Shown here: positions 48,489 through 58,133 of the stretch, piece by piece | Layout: each line of letters begins with the position of its first letter | How positions within the stretch are numbered: the stretch's first letter is position 1 | NCBI GenBank assembly: GCA_963740355.1 | Contig: CAVUDW010000003.1 | Location: 2,112,001 to 2,176,000, forward strand | DNA from: an uncultured Gemmatimonadaceae bacterium | GTDB lineage: Bacteria; Gemmatimonadota; Gemmatimonadetes; Gemmatimonadales; Gemmatimonadaceae | Length of the DNA stretch: 64,000 bases | Direction of reading: 5' to 3' | Translations under genes and position numbers: made by a program | Notes under the pieces: model-generated | Database searches by the model: none | What the model was told of the DNA's origin: nothing | The model's input: the letters and a program-made list of their open reading frames with translations, nothing else

Positions 48489-50327
48489 TCACGCGATCCC
48501 AGCGCGTGCCTTGGCTGCGGCAATGACCGCGGCCATGGTGTCGCGATGTGCCGTGAAGGTGTCGTCGACCACCTGCAGCGTCGGGATGGCGTTTGGCGAC
48601 AGCCCGAGCGTCTGCGTGTTGAAGGTGCCGAAGCCCCATTCGTGGACGCCGCTGCTGCCGCGGCCCGGCGCAGGGGCGCTGAGATGCGAGTAGAAGCGTG
48701 AGTACTTCCGCCATCGAGGCCCGCCACCGGCCTGGTACACGCCGATGAACTCATGCAAGGCGTCGTACGGCATCTCGCCAACTGGCAACACCCGTGGGAA
48801 CCTTGCGCGCAGGTTCTGCACGAGGCGACGGGTCCCGTCGTGCATGTCCCCGTTGGTGCTGTTCACGTGCCCGCCGACGATGTCGAGAAAATAGGCGTCA
48901 ACACCGAATCGTTCGATCGTCTCCGCGATGCGGCCCTCGAGATGGTTGCGCCACTTGTCCTCGCCGAGGTTCATGTACGTCAACCAGCCGTCCTGATGCC
49001 GGTCGTTGTTCCAGTCCACCCAGTTCAGGTTGTAGATGTCGCCGTCGATCTTGTGCGTCGCACCTGAGGCGATACGTGACCAACCGGGCTGCTTGCGATT
49101 GGCGGAGTTGGTGCCGAACATCGGCATCATCTTGAATCCCAGCTTCTGCGCCCCCTGGATCAGGTCACGGAAGCCCGCCTCGCCACCCATCCGCGCTGGC
49201 ACGACGTAGTTGGGATAGTCCCAGTAGTAGCGACCGTCCCATGCGGCCAGGAACACCAGCACACGTTCAGCGGGGATCCGAGTGGCCATCCAGCGAAGGA
49301 TTTCGAGCTGCTGGGGATACGTATTGAAGATGAAACCGGTGAAGTGCTGACCGTGCAGGGTCGTGACCAGCGCCACATCACGCATCCACTGCGGGACATC
49401 GGTACGTGATTCCCACGTTGGCAGTGTGAACGCCGATTCGATGCGCGCCATGTGTGCGGCCATCGCGTCGTCGAACGTCGCCGCCTGTCCGAGCTCCCAG
49501 CGCGGCACCACGACGCGCGTGTCATTGCGCCAGCCATCGTGCTCGTAGATCGCCTCGGTGCGGAAGGCGCCTGGTCCGGCCTGAAAGAGGTAGCGCTTTG
49601 GGCGGACGCGGGTGTCGTGCGTGCTGAGATAGCGGAAGTCCGTTTCACTCGCCTGCACGATGGCGATGGGTGTCGACATGCTTTGCGGCGTGCCCGCGCC
49701 ATGCAGGTCACCGGCACCGAAGGTGTAGCCGCCGAGCATGTCCCCGTCGCCCGGATCGGCCAGCGGCGCACCACCGAACGAGATCTTGCCGCGCGGAATG
49801 TCACGAATCACCGTCGTGACGGTGCGAATGGGGCGCGGCATCTCGGCCACGATGTCCCACGTAATCGTGCGACCGCTTCGATTGAACCTCACGACGACAT
49901 TCGCTGGTGCCTGTTCCTGCCCTCCCGCCCACGTCACACCCGTGCAGGTCATCTCGAGCGCGTCCGGCGTGCCAGTCGATCGCATCTTCGACGCATCGAG
50001 CGCGTAGGTGTTCTCTTCGGTGAAGAGCAGGAAGCTGAAGCGATGCTCTCCGAAGGCGACGGCCGGTTCGGGAAAGTCGAACGAAAACTTCATGAACGAA
50101 TCGCCACGCGGCGGGATGAACACCTCGCTCGTCGACGACAGCGGGATGATGTCGCCGGGCGCCACCACCGCTTGTGTGGGAACCGGCGCCGTGGCGACCA
50201 CCGTCGCTTCCGCCGGCGTGGGATTGGCGACACTGCGCAGCGCATCCAGCGGTACCAGCGCGCCAGCACTCGCAGCGCCGACGGTGCGGATCCAGTCGCG
50301 GCGCGAGAATGGGTCGTTCAGAGGCAT
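48489..50327 (-). CDS. Tat-exported hypothetical protein with a glycoside-hydrolase-like TIM barrel
   Basis: SRRDWIR Tat motif; WDGRYYWDYP, MGGEAGFRDLI, FGVDAYFLD, GEMPYD. Confidence 0.7.
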   Translation of the reverse strand: MPLNDPFSRRDWIRTVGAASAGALVPLDALRSVANPTPAEATVVATAPVPTQAVVAPGDIIPLSSTSEVFIPPRGDSFMKFSFDFPEPAVAFGEHRFSFLLFTEENTYALDASKMRSTGTPDALEMTCTGVTWAGGQEQAPANVVVRFNRSGRTITWDIVAEMPRPIRTVTTVIRDIPRGKISFGGAPLADPGDGDMLGGYTFGAGDLHGAGTPQSMSTPIAIVQASETDFRYLSTHDTRVRPKRYLFQAGPGAFRTEAIYEHDGWRNDTRVVVPRWELGQAATFDDAMAAHMARIESAFTLPTWESRTDVPQWMRDVALVTTLHGQHFTGFIFNTYPQQLEILRWMATRIPAERVLVFLAAWDGRYYWDYPNYVVPARMGGEAGFRDLIQGAQKLGFKMMPMFGTNSANRKQPGWSRIASGATHKIDGDIYNLNWVDWNNDRHQDGWLTYMNLGEDKWRNHLEGRIAETIERFGVDAYFLDIVGGHVNSTNGDMHDGTRRLVQNLRARFPRVLPVGEMPYDALHEFIGVYQAGGGPRWRKYSRFYSHLSAPAPGRGSSGVHEWGFGTFNTQTLGLSPNAIPTLQVVDDTFTAHRDTMAAVIAAAKARAGIA

Positions 50328-50382
50328 GAACCGTTCGTTCGGGTCAGGGGCGACGCGCCAACGGCAGCGCACCGAACGTCAC

Positions 50383-50784
50383 TTACGTGGCGCTCTCGTT
50401 CGGAATGCGGTGCACCGTCAGCAGCATGTCGACTGGCGTACTCGCCGACAACGAATGCAGCACACCCGGCGCCAGCGTGAGCAACTGCCCCGCGCCAAGG
50501 TCGTGCGTGGCTGCCTCGACAACCACCTGCAACTGCCCTGAGAGCACATGGATGGTGACGACACCGTCAGCCTTGTGCTCCTTCATCTGGCCGCCGGCCT
50601 CGAAGGCCATCACGAGCATCGTCACCGGGCCGTGTCGTACCACAGCGGTTTGGCGATGCCCAGCCACACTGGCATGGGGCTCGTTGCGGAGTGCAGTCGC
50701 GACTGCGGGACAATCGATGAACTGCACCGACGCAGCGAGGCGCTGGTCAGGATGCGGACGAAGGCGGTCGGTTGGCGTCATCAT
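50383..50784 (-). CDS. Cupin domain protein
   Basis: FEAGGQMKEH...IHVLSG...LAPGVLHSL. Confidence 0.85.
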   Translation of the reverse strand: MMTPTDRLRPHPDQRLAASVQFIDCPAVATALRNEPHASVAGHRQTAVVRHGPVTMLVMAFEAGGQMKEHKADGVVTIHVLSGQLQVVVEAATHDLGAGQLLTLAPGVLHSLSASTPVDMLLTVHRIPNESAT

Positions 50785-51366
50785 TCACCTCGGAGGAATG
50801 CGCCTGGCCGGCAATCGGACTGTGGGTGGCCGCCAGGTGGCCGCGTCACCACTGATGCCAAGCGTCGAACTGACCACCTCGAGCCGCTCTGCCGTCACGG
50901 CAATCAGCACCACACTGGTGTCACGGTCTGCATAGAAGCTATCCCACGCGGCATTCCAGTGCGCCACCTTGGTCGCGTGATCGCGCACCACGCGTGCATG
51001 CCCGATCAACGACACATAGCTCAGTGTGCCAGGATCGAAGTAGTGGAGCACGACGCGCGGATCACGCTCGACCTCGCCGACCTTCCGCGTCCGCGGATTC
51101 GTCGCAAACCAGACGGTCCATGTGCTGTCTGGCGGCAGCGGCTGTACGGTGCGCGCCTGCGGCCGGCCGGAGAGGTCGGTGGTCACGAACGTCGGATACG
51201 GGACTGCCGACACGATCCGCCGAGCACTTTCCTCCAGCGAGGGTTTCGCCGCGGCTGTGCCACTCGTCGGTCGCGGCACCACCTGCGCCTGCAGGGGCGC
51301 CGCGCACGACACCGTCCAGGCTGCGGCACACCATGCCGCGGCGCCCAGCCACAGACGGCGCGTCAC
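50785..51366 (-). CDS. Pyridoxamine 5'-phosphate oxidase-like FMN-binding protein, exported
   Basis: GRPQART, VWFATNPRTRKV, YVSLIG; signal peptide. Confidence 0.8.
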   Translation of the reverse strand: MTRRLWLGAAAWCAAAWTVSCAAPLQAQVVPRPTSGTAAAKPSLEESARRIVSAVPYPTFVTTDLSGRPQARTVQPLPPDSTWTVWFATNPRTRKVGEVERDPRVVLHYFDPGTLSYVSLIGHARVVRDHATKVAHWNAAWDSFYADRDTSVVLIAVTAERLEVVSSTLGISGDAATWRPPTVRLPARRIPPR

Positions 51367-51908
51367 CGCTTCGCTCCGGTCGTCACTGGCGGCGTTCGAC
51401 CCGACAGCGCGTGCAGCGTACCGGCCCTCGTCACCGCGTCGCCGAAGATCGGCTCACCGAAGTCGTTCTTGGTATAGGGAAAGATGACGTCGGCGCGGTA
51501 GCCGTTCCGGTGCTCGACTTCCACGACCACCGCATCGACCGAATCCGCGCCCTGTCGTGGGGCGCGCCGGACGAGATAGCCAAGTGCGACCGCGCGATAT
51601 CCCTGGCGTCGCGCACCAGCGCCGAGCAGTTGACGAAATGACACCAGGGCCGTGTCAGGCGTGTAGGTCGGTTCCGGCGTGGCGCCCACGACGCTTGCGA
51701 CATGGCCGGCGCTATCGAGCAGCCCACCGACCGGGATGTGCGCTGCGGGCGTCACGATGCGCGAGGCCGCCATGTCTCGCACCGCAGTCACAAACTCTGC
51801 GATCACGGCCCGCGTGGCCGAGTCAGCGACCGGCTTCGCGCGCTGCGCGGCCGCCGGCCTGGCGATGACGATGGCAGTGACGACGGCGACGAACAGGTGG
51901 CGGCTCAT
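51363..51908 (-). CDS. Exported hypothetical protein
   Basis: Signal peptide from ATG 51908; overlaps the next gene by 4 bp. Confidence 0.65.
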   Translation of the reverse strand: MSRHLFVAVVTAIVIARPAAAQRAKPVADSATRAVIAEFVTAVRDMAASRIVTPAAHIPVGGLLDSAGHVASVVGATPEPTYTPDTALVSFRQLLGAGARRQGYRAVALGYLVRRAPRQGADSVDAVVVEVEHRNGYRADVIFPYTKNDFGEPIFGDAVTRAGTLHALSGRTPPVTTGAKR

Positions 51909-52069
51909 GGTACCCACGGAGAGGAGGTGTGAAGCTACTCGCGCTGGCGCGGTCCAGACCAGCATTCCCGGTCTGGATTGACTAACCCTGCGTCACTCGG
52001 GATCGTACCTCCGCGCGATTCGTGCCGCACTCGAGCGACCCTTGAGCGACCCTCATAATCCCCGCTGCC

Positions 52070-53413
52070 GTGTCCTCCTCCCGCCGTTCGTTCATCAAGC
52101 AGTCCGCCGCCGCTGCCGCCAGTGCGACACTGGCCAATGCCATGCCGATGGCGTCGACGTCAAGCGCGCGACGTGTCGCACCATCCGATCAGGTGAACGT
52201 GGGCGTCATTGGTGCGAAGGGGATGGGCTGGTCCGACATGCGATCGCACCTCAAGATCGCCGGCGTCAACTGTGTCGCCATCGCCGATGTCGATCGCAGC
52301 GTACTCACCGAACGCACCGAGGATGTCCGCAAGCTGCGAGGCACGGCGCCGCGCATGTACGACGACTACCGGAAGATGCTCGAGAGCAAGGATATCGACG
52401 CCGTGATCGTGGGCACGCCGGATCACTGGCATTGCCTCGCCATGACCGACTCCCTCGCCGCAGGCAAGCACGTATACGTCGAGAAGCCGATCGCACATAC
52501 GATCGAGGAATGTCAGGTGATGCAGGCGGCCACGCGGCGCTACGGCAAGATGGTGCAGGTGGGGCAGTGGCAGCGCAGCGGCACCCACTACGCCAACGCG
52601 ATCGACTACGTGCGTTCGGGGAAGCTGGGTCGGATCCGCGTGGTGAAGGTGTGGGCGTATCAGGGGTGGATGAAGCCGGTGCCGAAACAGCCCGACAGCG
52701 CGCCACCCGCCGGCGTCAACTACGACATGTGGCTTGGCCCAGCCCCGAAGCGGCCCTTCAACCCGAACCGCTTCCACTTCAACTTCCGCTGGTTCTGGGA
52801 CTACGCCGGCGGCCTGATGACCGACTGGGGCGTGCACGAGATCGACATCGCGCTCTACGCCATGAACGCCACCGCCCCGAAGAGTGTGATGGCGAGCGGT
52901 GGCAAGTTCGCCTATCCCGATGACGCCTCCGAGACCCCAGACACGTTGCAGGCCGTCTTCGAGTACGACGGATTCAACATGCTGTGGGAACATGCGACCG
53001 GTATCGACGGCGGCCCCTACGGCAAGGCAGAAGGCATCGCCTTCATCGGCAACAACGGCACGCTGGTCGTGAATCGGGGCGGATGGGAAGTCATCCCGGA
53101 AACGACCACCGAAAACGGCCTTCGCCTCTTCAAGACGCCCGCCCTGCCGCAGCAGTTCAACAACGAGGAGATCCTCGACCGGCACACGCTCAACTTCGTC
53201 GAGGCGATCCGCAAGAACGACGCGTCAGGCCTGAAGTGCGGCATCGATACCGGGAGCGTGGCCGCGATCAACGCCTCGATGGGCAACATTGCGCTCCTCA
53301 CCGGACGCAAGGTCCATTGGGACGCCGCCGCCAACCAGTTCAAGGGCGACGCCGAGGCCAACGCCATGATGAAGGCCAACTATCGTTCAGGCTACACGTT
53401 GCCGAAGCTCTGA
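52070..53413 (+). CDS. Gfo/Idh/MocA family oxidoreductase, Tat-exported
   Basis: SRRSFIK; IGAKGMG; TPDHWH; YVEKP; QVGQWQRS; DWGVHEID. Confidence 0.92.
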   Translation: MSSSRRSFIKQSAAAAASATLANAMPMASTSSARRVAPSDQVNVGVIGAKGMGWSDMRSHLKIAGVNCVAIADVDRSVLTERTEDVRKLRGTAPRMYDDYRKMLESKDIDAVIVGTPDHWHCLAMTDSLAAGKHVYVEKPIAHTIEECQVMQAATRRYGKMVQVGQWQRSGTHYANAIDYVRSGKLGRIRVVKVWAYQGWMKPVPKQPDSAPPAGVNYDMWLGPAPKRPFNPNRFHFNFRWFWDYAGGLMTDWGVHEIDIALYAMNATAPKSVMASGGKFAYPDDASETPDTLQAVFEYDGFNMLWEHATGIDGGPYGKAEGIAFIGNNGTLVVNRGGWEVIPETTTENGLRLFKTPALPQQFNNEEILDRHTLNFVEAIRKNDASGLKCGIDTGSVAAINASMGNIALLTGRKVHWDAAANQFKGDAEANAMMKANYRSGYTLPKL

Positions 53414-53456
53414 CCTCTCGACAGCGCCCGCAGCCTCACACCGAACGACGATCATC

Positions 53457-54512
53457 ATGGAACGAAAAGAAAAGATTGCGGTGATCCTCGCAGTCGTGGC
53501 CACGGCACTGGCGGGAACGCTGCACAGCATCGGCGCCAATGTGGTGCTGACCTTTGGCGTGACGGCGGCGGCACTGGCGCTGCTGGCGTTGATCGTGGGT
53601 GACGCGACCGAGCAACTCGGCAGCAAGCTCGGTCCGGGCGCCACTGGCATCCTGCAGTCGGCGCTTGGCAACCTGCCAGAGTTGTTCGTCTGCATCTTTG
53701 CGCTGCGCGCTGGCCTCACCGAGGTCGTGAAGGCGGCATTGATCGGCTCGATTCTCGGGAACTCGCTGCTCGTCTTCGGCTTCGCACTCTTCCTTGGCGG
53801 ATTGAAGCACGGCAAGCAGGTGTTTCAGTCCGAGCCGCCGAAGATGATCGTGACGCTGATGCTGCTGGCCGTGGCAGCGCTGATGATTCCGACCCTCGCG
53901 CAGGAGCTCCATGCGCCGGCCGGCTCGCACGAGGGCGCACTGAGTGTCGCCTGCTCGCTGGTGCTGCTGATCGTGCTTGCTGCGAGTATCTGGTTCTCGG
54001 TCAAGGGTGATCCATCCATAGCACCGACCGTCGTCGCCGAAGGGCATACCGTGTGGCCACTGTCGCTCACGATCGGGCTGCTGCTGGCATCATCGATCGG
54101 TGCGGCCTTCGTCTCCGACTGGTTTGTCGAAGGCCTGCAACCGGCCATGAAGGTGCTCGGTATCTCCGACGCCTTTGCGGGTCTCGTCGTGGTCGCAATC
54201 GCAGGCAACGCGATCGAGAACCTCGTCGGGATCCAGCTGGCGTGGAAGAACCAGGCGGACTACGCGGTGAGCGTCATTCTCAATAGCTCGCTGCAAGTTG
54301 CACTGGGCCTGATTCCGGCGTTGGTCCTGCTCTCGTTCGTGCTCGGCGGTCCGATCCTCACGCTCACACTGGCGCCATTGCTGGTCGCGGCGCTTCTGCT
54401 GACCGCGCTCGTGACGGCGTTCATCGTCTACGATGGCGAATCGATCTGGCTCGAAGGATTGGCGCTGATTGGCTTGTACGTGATCATCGCCTCTGCCTTC
54501 TGGTGGGGCTGA
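53457..54512 (+). CDS. cax: Ca2+/H+ antiporter (CaCA/ChaA family)
   Basis: Alpha repeats GNLPEL and GNAIEN; GSILGNSLLV; SSLQVAL; DGESIWLEG. Confidence 0.9.
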   Translation: MERKEKIAVILAVVATALAGTLHSIGANVVLTFGVTAAALALLALIVGDATEQLGSKLGPGATGILQSALGNLPELFVCIFALRAGLTEVVKAALIGSILGNSLLVFGFALFLGGLKHGKQVFQSEPPKMIVTLMLLAVAALMIPTLAQELHAPAGSHEGALSVACSLVLLIVLAASIWFSVKGDPSIAPTVVAEGHTVWPLSLTIGLLLASSIGAAFVSDWFVEGLQPAMKVLGISDAFAGLVVVAIAGNAIENLVGIQLAWKNQADYAVSVILNSSLQVALGLIPALVLLSFVLGGPILTLTLAPLLVAALLLTALVTAFIVYDGESIWLEGLALIGLYVIIASAFWWG

Positions 54513-54535
54513 GCGCACGACCCTGGCGTACGAAC

Positions 54536-54577
54536 GAAAAACGCGGCCGCCCTGAATCGAGGGCGGCCGCGTTTTTC
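54536..54577. terminator. Bidirectional rho-independent terminator
   Basis: GAAAAACGCGGCCGCCCT-gaatcg-AGGGCGGCCGCGTTTTTC between convergent genes. Confidence 0.9.
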
Positions 54578-54587
54578 TGCCTACCAG

Positions 54588-55247
54588 CTACTTGCGTGCG
54601 CTGGCGTTGGCGAAGATCGCGACTTCGACGCGACGATTGGCCTGGCGCCCCGCCTCGGTGTCATTCGGTGCGATCGCTTCGGTTTCACCGCGACCGGTGG
54701 CGCGCACACGGGCAGCGGCCACGTCCTGCGAGATCAGGTAGTCCGCAGCGGCCGTCGCGCGGCGCTGAGACAAGGACTGGTTGTACTCCGTCGCGCCGAC
54801 AGCGTCGGTGTGCCCGACGATCATGACATCCGTGTTCGGATACTTCGAGAGGCTGCTGGCCAAGGCCCGCAGGTTCTTCGCCGATTCGGCGCGCACGACA
54901 TCCGAGTCGAAGTTGTAGAGCAGGCCCGATGCGAAGGTGACCGTGATTCCTTCACCGACACGCGCCACGACTGCGCCCGGGATATTCTGCTTCAGCTCCT
55001 TCGCCTGCTGATCCATCTGGTGGCCAATGATCGCGCCCGCCGCACCGCCGACCACAGCGCCAATGATCGCGCCGCGCGTGGTGGAACCGGTCTGGTTGCC
55101 GATCACGCCGCCGAGTGCGCCACCACCTGCCGCGCCGATCACGGCGCCGGATTCCTTCTTGCCCCACGACGCGCAAGCGGTGGTGCTGAGCATCAGCGCG
55201 GCCATGAGCGCGAGCCGAGTATTGGTGTGCGCCAATGTAATTTTCAT
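54588..55247 (-). CDS. OmpA-family lipoprotein with glycine zipper (YiaD-like)
   Basis: Lipobox TTAC; Gly zipper; GHTDAVG...NQSLSQRRA; NRRVE. Confidence 0.92.
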   Translation of the reverse strand: MKITLAHTNTRLALMAALMLSTTACASWGKKESGAVIGAAGGGALGGVIGNQTGSTTRGAIIGAVVGGAAGAIIGHQMDQQAKELKQNIPGAVVARVGEGITVTFASGLLYNFDSDVVRAESAKNLRALASSLSKYPNTDVMIVGHTDAVGATEYNQSLSQRRATAAADYLISQDVAAARVRATGRGETEAIAPNDTEAGRQANRRVEVAIFANASARK

Positions 55248-55401
55248 CGATTTCTCAGTGTCAGTCTGTAGGGATCGCGCGCCGCGAAGAATTCGCTTGC
55301 GCCGTCGCGTCAGCACGCGACGTCCATGAATGCCATCCAAAAGAATATGCCAGCCACGGCGGCGCTATCTGTTTCCTCGCCACGCCACGAATGCATACCC
55401 C

Positions 55402-57987
55402 TCACAGCCAGCCGCGTCGCACCAGCAGCATCTTCACCAGCTGTGTCAGGATCAGGTACGCAGTAACCGTGCCGAGCAGCAGCGGCCAGTACGCTGCAGG
55501 CAAGGCGACAAAGCCGAGTGCGGATGCGAACGGCGACAGCGGCAGCCAGAGGCCCACCGCAAGGACTACCGACGTGACCGTGAGCAACGGCCAGCTCGGC
55601 CGGCTCTGGAGGAACGGAATCCGGTTGGTGCGTATGACGTAAATGACCAACGTCTGCGTCATCAACGATTCGACGAACCAGCCAGTCTGGAAGAGGCCTG
55701 CGTGCGCCGGATCATTCGCCCGGAGCACGAAATAGAGGAGCGCGAATGTGGTGTAGTCGAAGATCGAGCTCAGTGGGCCAATGATCAGGATGTAGCGGCG
55801 CAGCGCCGTCAGTGACCATGGCTTGGGCTTCGCCAGTTGCTCCTCATCGACATTGTCCGTCGGAATTGGCAGCTGGGAGAAGTCGTAGAGCAGATTGTTG
55901 GCGAGAATCTGGATCGGCGCCATCGGCACGAATGGCAGCCACGCACTGGCACCGATGACGCTGAACATGTTGCCGAAATTCGAGCTCGCACCCATGCGAA
56001 CGTACTTGAGGATGTTGGCGAAGACACGACGCCCTTCACGCACCGCATCGGTGATGACCATCAAGTTCTTCTCGAGCAGGATCACGTCCGCCGAATCCTT
56101 CGCGATGTCGACTGCGGAGTCGACGGAGATCCCCACGTCGGCCGTGTGCAGCGCTGGCGCATCGTTGATGCCGTCGCCAAGGAATCCCACCACATGCCCA
56201 CGCTGCTGCAAGGCGCGGATGATCCGTTGCTTCTGCCCGGGCGACAGTCGCGCATAGACGCTCGGCAGTTCAACCGCAGCACGGAGCGCGGCATCATCGA
56301 GGCCTTCGATGGCCGGACCGAGCAGCATGTGCTCGACCGGCAAGCCGACCTGGGCGCAAATACGCTGCGTCACCAGTTCGTTGTCCCCGGTGAGGACCAC
56401 GATGCGTACGCCATTCGCCTGCAACGACGTGATGGCCGCACTGGCGGAGTCTTTCGGGGGATCGAGAAAGCCGAGGAATCCGGCGAGGACGAGATCGCGC
56501 TCGTCGGCCACACCATACTTCGGCTGCTCCACGACGGGTCGACTCGCCACCGCCAGCACACGAAACCCATCTCGGCTCAGCGATTCGTACACGGACCGCA
56601 GCATCGGGCGGATCGCGTCGTCGATTGGCACGATGCCGCCGTCCAACTCGACCGCGGTGCACCTCGCAAACGTTTCCTCGGCGGCGCCCTTGGCAATGAG
56701 TCGGCGTGGCTGGGACGGCGCCTCGACCACCACCGACATCATGCGGCGACTGAAGTCGAACGGCACTTCGTCGACCTTCGTCCACGCCGCATCCTCCACG
56801 ACCTCCTTTGCCAGTTGGTGCGCCAGGATCGCATCATCGAGCACACTCTTCAGGCCTGTCTGGAAATGGCTGACGAGGTACGCAAGCCGGACGACATGCT
56901 CACTCTCTGCGCCGCGGATGTCGCAGTGGCGCTCGAGGATGATTGCATCCATCGTCAGCGTGCCGGTCTTGTCGGTGCAGAGAATGTCGATCGCGCCGAC
57001 GCTCTGGATTGCATCGAGGTGCTTCACGATCACCTTGCGCTTCGACATCGAGACGGCGCCGCGCGAGAGGCAGACGGAAAAGATCGTCGGCAGCATTTCC
57101 GGTGCGAGGCCAACGGCGACTGCCAGGGCGAAGAAGAACGCCTCCCGCCAATCGTGTTTCGTCAGGCCATTGACGAGGAAGACCAGCGGCGCCATCACGG
57201 CGATGATCCTGACCATCAACATCGTGAAGCCGTCGATGCCGCGCTGGAACTCACTCGGCGGTTCTTGCGCCTCGAGGCTGCCCACCATCTGCCCGAAATA
57301 CGTCGCCGCACCGGTGGCGACGACGACGGCGGTGGCCGTGCCACTCTGTACGCTGGTGCCACGAAAGCAGAGCGTCGGCATTTCGAGTGCCGACAGCGTC
57401 ACGCTCGGCGGCACGGCACTCTTCTCGACCGGGAGTGATTCGCCCGTCAGGCTGGACTGGCCGACGTAGAGATCCTTGGTGCTGATCAGCCGCAGGTCAG
57501 CCGGCATCATGTCGCCGGCCGAGAGCGTGACGAGGTCGCCAGGCACGACGTCGCGAACCGGGACCTCGCAGGGTACGCCGTCACGCGTGACGAGCGTGGT
57601 CACGTGCACCATCCCACGGAGCGCTGCCGCGGCTGCATCGGCGTGTGACTCCTGCACGAATCGCAGCCCGACGCCCACGGCGATCATCACGCCGATGACC
57701 GTCGCCGCACGGAAGTCACCCGTCGCAGCAGACACTACGGCGAGCACGATCAGCAGGAGGACCAGCGGGTTGCGCACCGCGCGCCAGAGTCGGGCGAACG
57801 CCCCCTCGGACTGTGATGCACGCATCTCATTTGCACCGTGCGTCGCGAGGCGCTGGGCCGCCTCGGCAGCGGTGAGCCCCTGTGGTCGGGACGTTAGCCG
57901 GGCCAGCGTGTCCGCTGGGCTGGTAGTCGCCAGTTCGACGAGCAGCGGATCGGCACGAATGTCACCGCGGCTCGCGGCCTGCTCCAT
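55402..57987 (-). CDS. mgtA: Magnesium-translocating P-type ATPase
   Basis: LTGESLPVEK, AVGLAPEMLP, DKTGTLT, GDGINDAP, SSNFGN, FQTGWFVESL. Confidence 0.93.
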   Translation of the reverse strand: MEQAASRGDIRADPLLVELATTSPADTLARLTSRPQGLTAAEAAQRLATHGANEMRASQSEGAFARLWRAVRNPLVLLLIVLAVVSAATGDFRAATVIGVMIAVGVGLRFVQESHADAAAAALRGMVHVTTLVTRDGVPCEVPVRDVVPGDLVTLSAGDMMPADLRLISTKDLYVGQSSLTGESLPVEKSAVPPSVTLSALEMPTLCFRGTSVQSGTATAVVVATGAATYFGQMVGSLEAQEPPSEFQRGIDGFTMLMVRIIAVMAPLVFLVNGLTKHDWREAFFFALAVAVGLAPEMLPTIFSVCLSRGAVSMSKRKVIVKHLDAIQSVGAIDILCTDKTGTLTMDAIILERHCDIRGAESEHVVRLAYLVSHFQTGLKSVLDDAILAHQLAKEVVEDAAWTKVDEVPFDFSRRMMSVVVEAPSQPRRLIAKGAAEETFARCTAVELDGGIVPIDDAIRPMLRSVYESLSRDGFRVLAVASRPVVEQPKYGVADERDLVLAGFLGFLDPPKDSASAAITSLQANGVRIVVLTGDNELVTQRICAQVGLPVEHMLLGPAIEGLDDAALRAAVELPSVYARLSPGQKQRIIRALQQRGHVVGFLGDGINDAPALHTADVGISVDSAVDIAKDSADVILLEKNLMVITDAVREGRRVFANILKYVRMGASSNFGNMFSVIGASAWLPFVPMAPIQILANNLLYDFSQLPIPTDNVDEEQLAKPKPWSLTALRRYILIIGPLSSIFDYTTFALLYFVLRANDPAHAGLFQTGWFVESLMTQTLVIYVIRTNRIPFLQSRPSWPLLTVTSVVLAVGLWLPLSPFASALGFVALPAAYWPLLLGTVTAYLILTQLVKMLLVRRGWL

Positions 57988-58133
57988 GGTGGGCAGCGTG
58001 CCGCGTGGTCGGCGAACATGTCGGGCAGGCGCGAGGGCCACGGGAACTCTGGGGCGGCGGTAGAGGCGTGAAGGATGAAGCGATTTTCTGGAAGATACGA
58101 GGTCACGCAGCTTTCGAATCGCCATTATTCACG

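Noticed and set aside
57988..58133. MgtL-like leader peptide or M-box riboswitch upstream of mgtA
   Set aside because: No short self-contained Pro-rich ORF or recognisable riboswitch; the region is short and shared with a divergent gene.
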